Below are positions 25,395 to 33,227 of a stretch of DNA of 33,260 bases, one piece after another; position 1 is the stretch's first letter, and each line of letters begins with the position of its first letter. A program made the position numbers and the translations under genes. Location: positions 1 to 33,260 of the forward strand of contig JAHFAP010000010.1 of NCBI GenBank assembly GCA_023250495.1, given 5' to 3'. Below the pieces are notes generated by a model, which searched no databases, was not told the DNA's origin, and saw only the letters and a list, made by a program, of their open reading frames with translations. This stretch comes from Deltaproteobacteria bacterium (GTDB taxonomy: Bacteria; Desulfobacterota; Binatia; UBA9968).

Positions 25395-26631
25395 TGGCTG
25401 TTTCACTGAGGTGTCTAAAGTGCTGGCGCCAGGGGACACTGGCCGGGATGATTTCCGCTATGGAATCGATGTGCGGGAAGCGGTTCTTCGCAAGATCGCG
25501 GATGAGATGGGGAGGCTCCTTTCCTTCTTGGAAATCCTTTAAGACCTTAAGTAGATACCTGCGCAGCGCAATCACCGCCTTGTCGCTCACTCCCAGGTGT
25601 TCCTTACTGCGGTCGTAGATGGAACCCATGCTTTCCGTTGCGCAGGCATCGTGATTCAAAAAATCCTCGATGCCGGTGAAGCTGCTGGTTTTCTGAAGCT
25701 CTCGGTCCTGGAGGTAATTATTTCGCAGATTACGGATCCGCCGGTAATCCGGCCCTATCTGCTTCCGCCTGTGCACTTCCTCTTCGCGCACCGGCCGGCT
25801 CCTCTTGAAGCCGAAGTCGTAGCGCCAGGTATGGGTGTCGTCCACGGGCACGTACGTGTGGATCTCGAAACCGTCGAGCTCGCCACTCCGGCCGCCTGCG
25901 GGAATGCATCCTGAAAGAGGCATAACAAAACTTGACACGCGGACGTATTGCTTGTCCGCAGGCAGCCTTCTGATTGCGACCATCCTTACACCAAAGTCCG
26001 TCTCCTCGGTCTCGTAGGCCGGCGCGGTGTCGAGCTGGTAGAGCGCCTGGCCCGGGCTCGGGTTGAACGTGCGGTGAAGAAAGGAGAGGTGGGAGGAGTC
26101 GCATTCGCCCTCTAGCCCCTGCAGATAATTGCACTCCACGAGACACTTGGTCACATAGGTCTGATTCAGAGGGACTTGCGTCCACTCGTATTTGGGAAAG
26201 AGCGGCATCCTATTTTTCGGTCCCAGATAGGCGAAAATGATCCCTGCCGCTACATGGGTTGGGTAGGCCGGGTGGTGGATCTTGTTTCTGAAATCGCCTT
26301 CCGGCGACTCCGCCGGCGTCTCAAGCACGTTTCCATCCACGTCGTACTTCCAGCCGTGGTAGATGCAGCGCAGCCCGCACTCCTCATTGCGCCCGTAAAA
26401 GAGAGATGTCCCGCGGTGAGAGCAGTGCTCATCTAAAAGTCCGATTCTTCCCCGGCTGTCACGAATGGCCACCAGCTCCTCTCCCATGAGCCTGACCCTA
26501 ACCGGAGGGCAGTCCGGCTCGGGGATTTCCTCGGACAGCAGCGCGGGGATCCAGTACCGGCGGATCAGCTCGCCCATGGGAGTGCCGGGGCCCGTGCGTG
26601 TCAGCAGCTCGTTCTGCTCCTTAGGAAGCAT
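25378..26631 (-). CDS. Rieske [2Fe-2S] non-heme-iron oxygenase, phthalate 4,5-dioxygenase-like (paralog 2)
   Basis: ATG 26631 follows AAGGAGAG. It carries 'CSHRGTSLFYGRNEECGLRCIYHGWKYDVDGN' and 'NYLQGLEGECDSSHLSFLH'. The N-terminus MLPKEQNELLTRTGPGTPMGELIRRYW parallels paralog 1. Confidence 0.85.
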   Translation of the reverse strand: MLPKEQNELLTRTGPGTPMGELIRRYWIPALLSEEIPEPDCPPVRVRLMGEELVAIRDSRGRIGLLDEHCSHRGTSLFYGRNEECGLRCIYHGWKYDVDGNVLETPAESPEGDFRNKIHHPAYPTHVAAGIIFAYLGPKNRMPLFPKYEWTQVPLNQTYVTKCLVECNYLQGLEGECDSSHLSFLHRTFNPSPGQALYQLDTAPAYETEETDFGVRMVAIRRLPADKQYVRVSSFVMPLSGCIPAGGRSGELDGFEIHTYVPVDDTHTWRYDFGFKRSRPVREEEVHRRKQIGPDYRRIRNLRNNYLQDRELQKTSSFTGIEDFLNHDACATESMGSIYDRSKEHLGVSDKAVIALRRYLLKVLKDFQEGKEPPHLIRDLAKNRFPHIDSIAEIIPASVPWRQHFRHLSETANAEIS

Positions 26632-26654
26632 CCTGATCTCTCCTTGAAAGAATT

Positions 26655-27623
26655 CTAACTCTCCAGCGTCGCGTCGGCGAATATCTCTCTGTAGGAAAGT
26701 TCCGAGCGGATCATCCCCTGCTCGTAATTGTATGTGATAAGAGTGTCGATGGTGCTTTTGTTGGCCTTGATCCCGTATTTCCACGGGTCGCCCCAGCGCT
26801 CGGATTGTTCCTTCATCCTCTCGCGCAAGTAGACGACGGAGAAGCCGCCTCTGTCGCTTAGAATGTCTTCGTACGCCGTTTTCTTTGCCTGTTCAAACGC
26901 CGTGTAGAGTTTTCCGGCGAGGTCGGGATAGTGCAGGTTGAGTTTCTTGCTCATCACGATGATGTGGACCGGAGTGAAGATGCCGGTTTCGCGGTAGAGC
27001 CTTTCGTCTTCTTCCATGTACTTGGGGAAAAGCCGCTTCACCTTTGAACTTTTCTCGAGAGTGTCGAAGAGCTTGGCATCGGAGACGTCCGTGATCATCG
27101 CGTCCACCTCTGCGTCCATCAGCCTGTCGACTACGCTTTTCTGCGCGTCAACATACTCGATCTTCGCATCCCTGTCGTAGTTGGGAAAAACCTCCTTGAT
27201 TTGCGCCACCCATTGCATCTTAGAGACGTCGACACCGTGCCTGTGCTTGAGGAGTCCTCTCGCCCAAACGCTGATGGCCGTCCTATACTGCCGTGTCCCG
27301 ATCTTCTTACCTTCCAAATCCCTGGGGGAATTAATTCCTGAGTTCGCACGGCAAAAAATAAATGGATGGACGGGCTTTCGCTTCGAGAAGACAGGCAGGC
27401 CGATCAGTTGCCAGCCGGCGTCGATGGCCGGAAGGAAATAACCCAAATTCAGATCGCAAAGACCGAAGTCTCCCTCTCTCAGCTGAGGGTTGTCAGTGAA
27501 GACCATCGAGGAGATCTTGGTGGGCTTAAGTACGACCCCGTCGATCTTCACCCTGCCCTCAAAAAAGGGCATGGTAATGTCGTAGCGCATCTCGGGGAAT
27601 CCAATTTCCAATTCGTTCGACAT
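26655..27623 (-). CDS. 4,5-dihydroxyphthalate decarboxylase-like (Pht5/OphC family, PBP fold, cytoplasmic)
   Basis: No signal peptide. 'MRYDITMPFFEGRVKIDGVVLKP' and 'GDFGLCDLNLGYFL' match the family's N-terminal pattern as I recall it. The length of 322 aa fits. Confidence 0.7.
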   Translation of the reverse strand: MSNELEIGFPEMRYDITMPFFEGRVKIDGVVLKPTKISSMVFTDNPQLREGDFGLCDLNLGYFLPAIDAGWQLIGLPVFSKRKPVHPFIFCRANSGINSPRDLEGKKIGTRQYRTAISVWARGLLKHRHGVDVSKMQWVAQIKEVFPNYDRDAKIEYVDAQKSVVDRLMDAEVDAMITDVSDAKLFDTLEKSSKVKRLFPKYMEEDERLYRETGIFTPVHIIVMSKKLNLHYPDLAGKLYTAFEQAKKTAYEDILSDRGGFSVVYLRERMKEQSERWGDPWKYGIKANKSTIDTLITYNYEQGMIRSELSYREIFADATLES

Positions 27624-27678
27624 GTTTTATTCCCGCGTGGCTCCTTTGCTGGCCGGCTCGGCTTTCGCCGCTTTCACG

Positions 27679-30078
27679 CTACTCCAAGACACCCTCACCG
27701 GCAAACGCTGAAATACGCTCCGCGCTGTAACCAAGAACCCCCCGCAAAACCTCCTCGTTGTCGCGCCCAAGCTCCGGAAACTCCCATTGGGGCTTGACTG
27801 CACAGTCGGCAAACCGGAGCGGAAAACCAGGAAGGACAACGCGTCCCAATCTCTGATTATCCACCTCGACAAGAAAGCCTCGCTCTCTGAGATGAGAGTC
27901 CGCAACCAGATCGGCGCCGTTTTGCACGACACCACCGGGAACACCGACCTGCTGCAATGCCTCCATGACTTCGTAGCAATCTCTTTCTCGGGTCCATCTT
28001 TCTATCAAAGCGTTCAGCTCGTCTCGGTAGCGCATACGGCTTTCAAAGGCGTTGAAGCGTTGATCCTGCGCAAGCTCCTGCCCGAGCAGTTTTCCCAGAG
28101 CCCGCCACTGCTCGTCAGTCTCAACGGCGATGACGCACCATCGGTCCTCTCCCTTGCAGCGAAAGCAGCCATGCGGCGCGGCGAAGGGACAATCGTTTCC
28201 AATCGGATCCACGTCGTGCCCGTGCGCTTCCGCTTCGATCAAGCTGGCGCCGATCATGTAGGCCGTCGCCTCGGCCTGCGACAGGTCGATGGAAGCGCCT
28301 CGTTGGGCGCGATCACGATACAGCACGCCGGCGACGATGAGGATCGCGGACAGCACCCCGGACACGTAATCAGGATACACTGTTTGAGAGCCAATAGGCG
28401 GGTCGGTATTGCCCGGATGGTTCCAGAGATAGGTAAGCCCGGTAAACGCGGTAATGTTGGTCCCCACGGTGGAGTAATGCCTCTTCGGTCCGCTGCCGCC
28501 CAGGCCCGGCATCCTCAAAGCGATGATGTCCGGCTTAACTCGACACAGATCGTGATAACCCAAACCGAGCTTGGACATCACATCCGCGCTGAAGTTGTCG
28601 ATCACCGCGTCTGAGTGGCGCGCCAAATCCATAATGACATCGGTTCCCTTGGGATGCTTGAGATTCACCGTGATCGATCGCTTGTTGCGATTAAACTCCA
28701 GAAAGCGAGGAGACAGGTTTGGATCTTCGCCAGTGCCAAAAAATCGGAATGGATCCAGCCCGCCTCGACGGGATTCCACTTTGATGACGTCCGCGCCGAG
28801 CTCCGCCAACAGCGTCGTACCATAAGGACCGGCAAGGACATGGTCGAAACTCAGAACCCGCATCCCGTCTAGCGGTGAGCCTCCCCGGCTCCCCTCAGGC
28901 AAAGCGTCCGCTTTCTTTCCCGCTTCGGTGGCGTCTTGATGCCGATCATCCTCGCGCCAATTGTCGAGAGCCGGGGCCGGGCGAAGCGCTGGCCGGGAGT
29001 CGTCGATCAAAAATGGCGCAGCTGGCTGCTCGACCGCGCCAAAATCGGGATAGTCAACCGGGACGACGAAACCGCGCGCTCGAACCTGCTCGTCGCTGGT
29101 AAAATTCCTCGGGCTGTTGACCGGAAGGCAAGGAATCCCGCGTGATTGGAACAGCGCCGTCAACTCCTCCTTGCCATGCCTTCTGGTAAAGGCTTCGACC
29201 AGTTGATTGATGCTTTCGACGCGGGCTCGGCGGAACAGGTTGTTCTGCCACTCCGGAGCCTCCCACTCAGCAGGATGATCCGCCCAGACCTCCAGAAATA
29301 TCTTCCAGTGCTGGCGAGTCACGTAGAGATAAACATGACCGTCCCGACAGGGAAAGATCCTGGCTGGAGCCACCTGCCCGTGCTGACTTCCCTGCCGCTT
29401 AAGAATTTGCCCTTCATTCGCATATAGGCGTATCACATGCTCCTGCGTCGCCAATGCCTCCTGCATCGACACCTCCACGTAGTCTCCTCGCCCAACCCGC
29501 TCACGGCGGTATATCGCGGCCAGAACTCCAAGCGCGGCGAACAGGCTGGCAAAATAGTAGGCTTGGGTCTCGGGCGGCTTGCAGGGAGGCAGAGAGGGTT
29601 CGCCGGCAATGTAGAGGAGTCCGCTCATCGCAAGCGCGACCATATCCGTGCAAGCGAAATTTCGTCTTGCTCCGGTCTGCCCGAATCCGCTGATCGACGC
29701 CATAACCAGTCGCGGGTTGACAGCGGCCAGGCTTCGGTACTCCAACCCCACCGCTTCCATGAAGCCGGGTGAGAAGCTCTCCAACACCACGTCGGCCTTT
29801 TCTACGAGGCGAATAAAGGCCTCTCGGCCGGCCGCTTCTTTTAGATCGAGGAGCGTGCTTGCCTTGTTGGCATTCAGGTGAGCAAACGGAGCGCTCAGGA
29901 GCGAACCCTTTGGTGACTCGATGAATGGCCTCAGTTTCCTGACGGGATCGCCGCCAGCGGGCTCGATCTTGATCACTTCCATGCCAAGATCGGCCAGGAG
30001 CCGGCCGCAGAGCTGGCCTTTGAGGTCGGTGAGATCCAGAGCCCGATATCCGTGTAAAAAGGCAGACGGCGCATTCAT
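27679..30078 (-). CDS. Tandem-fused family III (CaiB/BaiF) CoA-transferase, two complete domains in one 799-aa protein
   Basis: Domain 1 runs aa 1 to about 370: 'YRALDLTDLKGQLCGRLLADLGMEVIKIEP' and 'ISGFGQTGARRNFACTDMVALAMSGLLYIAGEP'. Domain 2 runs aa about 403 to 799: 'MRVLSFDHVLAGPYGTTLLAELGADVIKVES' and 'MPGLGGSGPKRHYSTVGTNITAFTGLTYLWN'. Confidence 0.85.
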   Translation of the reverse strand: MNAPSAFLHGYRALDLTDLKGQLCGRLLADLGMEVIKIEPAGGDPVRKLRPFIESPKGSLLSAPFAHLNANKASTLLDLKEAAGREAFIRLVEKADVVLESFSPGFMEAVGLEYRSLAAVNPRLVMASISGFGQTGARRNFACTDMVALAMSGLLYIAGEPSLPPCKPPETQAYYFASLFAALGVLAAIYRRERVGRGDYVEVSMQEALATQEHVIRLYANEGQILKRQGSQHGQVAPARIFPCRDGHVYLYVTRQHWKIFLEVWADHPAEWEAPEWQNNLFRRARVESINQLVEAFTRRHGKEELTALFQSRGIPCLPVNSPRNFTSDEQVRARGFVVPVDYPDFGAVEQPAAPFLIDDSRPALRPAPALDNWREDDRHQDATEAGKKADALPEGSRGGSPLDGMRVLSFDHVLAGPYGTTLLAELGADVIKVESRRGGLDPFRFFGTGEDPNLSPRFLEFNRNKRSITVNLKHPKGTDVIMDLARHSDAVIDNFSADVMSKLGLGYHDLCRVKPDIIALRMPGLGGSGPKRHYSTVGTNITAFTGLTYLWNHPGNTDPPIGSQTVYPDYVSGVLSAILIVAGVLYRDRAQRGASIDLSQAEATAYMIGASLIEAEAHGHDVDPIGNDCPFAAPHGCFRCKGEDRWCVIAVETDEQWRALGKLLGQELAQDQRFNAFESRMRYRDELNALIERWTRERDCYEVMEALQQVGVPGGVVQNGADLVADSHLRERGFLVEVDNQRLGRVVLPGFPLRFADCAVKPQWEFPELGRDNEEVLRGVLGYSAERISAFAGEGVLE

Positions 30079-30170
30079 AGTTTCAGTTAATTTCCATTTC
30101 CGGGTTTGCCGGAGTCATGCGGCTGGTTCGAGAAAGGAGGCACGCAGCGTAAGCGATGGATAACGAAGTG

Positions 30171-31166
30171 TCAGCGATCAATCTGTTCCAAAAATCCCGA
30201 GCGGTGAATCTCTTCCAGCAAGCTCAGGTCCGAATAATCGGTTTCGCTGACGCTCCTGGCTTGCGGGTAACGGCGACCGACGACGTCGAGAAGAAAGCGC
30301 ACCGATTTAGGATCAGGGCGCAACCCTCTTTCGACGCGGCCTGAGATCTCGCCGTAAAAGTGCCCCAGCACTTCCTCGTCACGATTCCCCAGATAATCGG
30401 AGAAAATCCGAACCGGCTCTTCCTGGTGAGTCAACAGATAGTGAATGCCTTCCATATACCCCTTCAGGAATCGCAAAAGGGTCCCCCGGCTTTTCTGCGC
30501 AAACGCCCTCGTCGTATTGATTCCCCCGGCCATTAACGGAACGTCGACTTTGGAGAAGATTTTCAATCCCGCACGCGCAGCGACAAAATCATACGGTGGG
30601 GTTATCATCGCCGCTATGATGAGTCCCTTTTGCAGCGCAGCCACCCGCGCTGGAGGACCGCCGCCTATGGATAAAAATTTGACATCATCTTTCGGATCGA
30701 CTCCGTTGTCCAATAGGAGCTGAGAAAGCCGCACCTCAAGAGAACTCAAGCCTCCACTCCCAATTCCTATGATCTTGCCTTTCAGTTGGCCGAACGATGA
30801 GATATTTTGCTGCGTTACCAACGAAGAGCCAAGAGAGTTCGTCGTGGCCCCAAGCCTGATCAAGTCTGCTCCTTTGATCATGGCGATCGCGCTTTCCGTG
30901 TCGGATCCTAAGAGAATCTGTGTGCTTCCCGACAACAGAGACGGCACGGTCACGCCCGTTGATGATAGATAGATGAGCTCGATATCCAGACCGTTTTTCT
31001 GCCAAAAACCTTTCTTCGATGCGACCCAGGCGGGACTCAAAGCGGTGGCAAGCGAAGGGAAGCCGACCTGAAGCTTTTCCGCCCCATAAACCGAAATTTC
31101 CGAGAAGTCCAAAAAAAGGCTCAGGATGAAGATCCCGATGATAAAACGCTTCATCTTACTGCGCAT
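30171..31166 (-). CDS. NMT1/THI5-like ABC transporter substrate-binding protein
   Basis: Signal peptide MKRFIIGIFILSLFLDFSEISVYGA and family C-terminus 'HRSGFLEQIDR'. The start is ATG 31166, overlapping the upstream gene by 11 nt, or ATG 31154. Confidence 0.75.
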   Translation of the reverse strand: MRSKMKRFIIGIFILSLFLDFSEISVYGAEKLQVGFPSLATALSPAWVASKKGFWQKNGLDIELIYLSSTGVTVPSLLSGSTQILLGSDTESAIAMIKGADLIRLGATTNSLGSSLVTQQNISSFGQLKGKIIGIGSGGLSSLEVRLSQLLLDNGVDPKDDVKFLSIGGGPPARVAALQKGLIIAAMITPPYDFVAARAGLKIFSKVDVPLMAGGINTTRAFAQKSRGTLLRFLKGYMEGIHYLLTHQEEPVRIFSDYLGNRDEEVLGHFYGEISGRVERGLRPDPKSVRFLLDVVGRRYPQARSVSETDYSDLSLLEEIHRSGFLEQIDR

Positions 31167-32010
31167 GGTTTAGAAAATATTCAATGTTTCTTTTGACCAT
31201 CCACGTTTTTCCTAGATGGGTATAGTCACCGCTTTTCATGTGGGATTCGATCTCGGCTGCGCTCTTCCCGCCTGACCTTATTTCCATAAGCCGGCGGTGA
31301 AAATCTTCCAAATAATTGCGAAATTGTAAAAATGCCGCTTTGTACAATGCATTTCCCTTGACAACGGGTCCGTGTCCGGGGACAACGTGAGCAAAGTTTT
31401 CCCTCAGTAAAATATCGATGCTTTGGATCCAGTTTGCGATGTTGCCGTAAATGGTGACTGGATGAACTTCCGTGTATAACAGGTCCCCGGCAAACAATAT
31501 CTCCTGTTTATCCAGGATCGCGATAGCGTCGCCCCTGCTGTGACTTTTCCCCCGGTAAGCCGAGTAAACAAGGCGAATGCCAAATCCTGGCAGATGTAGG
31601 GTGGTTGCCTGGCTAAAAGAGATGTGCGGCATCCCCATCTTCAAGTCCGGAAAACGATTCTTGAGCTCGGGCGCGCGACCGGCCATTTCAGCAAACTTAG
31701 CCTCTCCGTCTTCTTTTAATGCCTGCCAGCAGCCCTCGCTACCGATCACGATGGCCCCATTCCTTGCGAAATAATCATTGGCGGAGCTGTGATCGAAATT
31801 TTCATGGGTGTTAAAAAGATAACGGACTGTAGTGCAACCGGTTTCCTTTAAGGCGGCTTCTATTTCGTCCATTCTCCGTATGTCGGCATCGATAAGAAGG
31901 GCGGAGCCATCCTCCCCTTTTACAATCCCAAAATTGGTTGCGCCTTCAGGTCCGACAACGGCAAAAATGGATTCGTGTAACTGGTAGATATTAGCAACAC
32001 TCTTCTCCAT
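31156..32010 (-). CDS. MBL-fold metallo-hydrolase with a variant metal motif
   Basis: 'LIDADIRR...YLFNTHENFDHSSAN' (H-E-N-F-D-H where H-x-H-x-D-H is canonical), then 'LLYTEVHP' and 'VVPGHGPV'. Confidence 0.8.
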   Translation of the reverse strand: MEKSVANIYQLHESIFAVVGPEGATNFGIVKGEDGSALLIDADIRRMDEIEAALKETGCTTVRYLFNTHENFDHSSANDYFARNGAIVIGSEGCWQALKEDGEAKFAEMAGRAPELKNRFPDLKMGMPHISFSQATTLHLPGFGIRLVYSAYRGKSHSRGDAIAILDKQEILFAGDLLYTEVHPVTIYGNIANWIQSIDILLRENFAHVVPGHGPVVKGNALYKAAFLQFRNYLEDFHRRLMEIRSGGKSAAEIESHMKSGDYTHLGKTWMVKRNIEYFLNHAQ

Positions 32011-32101
32011 TCACCCTACTCCGTGACCATAAAATAAAACTTGCTGTAGCGTGCGCAGACAAAAGGCCCGCGCACTAACCGTCAGCCGCCGTTTCGACAA
32101 A

Positions 32102-32926
32102 TTATCTTTCCTTCTTTTTGTCCTCCCTTTCTTGATAAGAGAGACTTCCCCCGCCCTTCTGAGATTTCAGATACCCATTCACATCGCCCAACGGATCGGT
32201 ATAGGATCGCATTCGGTAACTGACCAGCTCGTCGATGCGCAAGGCCTTGCTAAACTCCACGTCTCTCTCCATATAAGCCGCGATTTTAGCGTGTTCCAGG
32301 GCAGTGGGATTTCTTGTCGCGATCTCTTTCGCAAGACCAAGAGCAGTATCCATCAGCGCTGCATCAGGGACGACCTCGCTTACCAAGCCGATTTTTTCAG
32401 CCTGATCCGCGGTCAAATTTCTCCCGGTAATTTGAATGTAAAAGGCCTTCTTCACCGGGATTCCAGTGTGGAAAAGAGTTGAGGTCGCGGTTTGACCGAA
32501 GCTTCCCCGGATAATCTCAGGCATGCCGAACTTCGCCGACTGGGCGGCAATGGCCAGGTCATGGCCGTTCAACAGAGCGAGGCCGCCGCCGAGGCAATAG
32601 CCGTTGACCGCGGCAAGGGTGACCTGCGGCATGAGACGGAGCACATTGATGATTTTTTGCACCGTACTTTCTTCGTACCACCTTCTTCTTCGAGTCCACG
32701 ACTCCCGAAGATCGTAAAGGTCCAAGCCGGAAGAATACGAATTTCCTGAACCGGTAGTCACAACGCACCGGATATGGTCGCTTTCCCGTATCTCCTCAAG
32801 GGCATCAAGGATCTGCTGTAGAAGGTCTTTACTCAGGGCGTTTCTCTTTTCCGGCCGATTCAAAGTAAGAACAGCGACGCCGTCCTGTTCCATCAACTTT
32901 TTTTCCAGCACCTTTTTATTTGCCAA
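32102..32926 (-). CDS. Enoyl-CoA hydratase/isomerase (crotonase) family protein
   Basis: TTG start preceded by AAGGAGAGGAG. 'VAVLTLNRPEKRNALS' and 'VNGYCLGGGLALL' form the crotonase oxyanion-hole pattern. Confidence 0.9.
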   Translation of the reverse strand: MANKKVLEKKLMEQDGVAVLTLNRPEKRNALSKDLLQQILDALEEIRESDHIRCVVTTGSGNSYSSGLDLYDLRESWTRRRRWYEESTVQKIINVLRLMPQVTLAAVNGYCLGGGLALLNGHDLAIAAQSAKFGMPEIIRGSFGQTATSTLFHTGIPVKKAFYIQITGRNLTADQAEKIGLVSEVVPDAALMDTALGLAKEIATRNPTALEHAKIAAYMERDVEFSKALRIDELVSYRMRSYTDPLGDVNGYLKSQKGGGSLSYQEREDKKKER

Positions 32927-33008
32927 CTTCTCCTCTCCTTCTCTACGCGTTCTCGAGAAACATCTTTAAGTACGGAGCATTTCTGAACCAGCACTGTTGC
33001 TCGGTACG

Positions 33009-33050
33009 GGATTAACACCCTGGACCGCCTTTGTCAATTTTTAAGGCGGT
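33009..33050 (-). promoter_or_regulatory. Promoter candidate for the minus-strand operon, with an operator-like dyad around the -35
   Basis: On the minus strand, a perfect TTGACA (33037-33032), a 17-nt spacer and TAATCC (33014-33009). The -35 sits in the 11-nt spacer of a perfect 8-bp dyad, ACCGCCTT-N11-AAGGCGGT (33024-33050). Confidence 0.35.
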
Positions 33051-33227
33051 TATTACCTTGCTGTGAGTTTTTGGTGGTAGCACTGGTGAGAGCTGGATAG
33101 TGGAAAATAGGGGAAAAGAGCGGAAACGGGAAGCAAGAGAAGATTGCGATAGCTCTTTGATCTCTCGCCGCTTTTCTGCAAAAATGCAGAAAATTCGAGA
33201 ATCAGCCTAGGGCCAATCGCACTCTAG

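Noticed and set aside
25395-25439. Longer start (25439) for the FbpA-like paralog 4
   Set aside because: It would overlap the Rieske gene by 62 nt and adds a non-signal-like leader. ATG 25394 or TTG 25376 places the start at the upstream stop codon.
2203-28614. Long antisense or alternative-frame ORFs: 2203..2799(-), 2355..3056(+), 4098..4811(-), 8430..9209(-), 14143..14742(-), 18058..18765(-), 21770..22384(-), 22682..23227(-), 27787..28614(+)
   Set aside because: Each lies wholly within, or opposite, a gene with clear family signatures. Their translations are Arg/Pro/Gly-rich with no recognisable motifs, as expected for stop-poor frames in GC-rich DNA.
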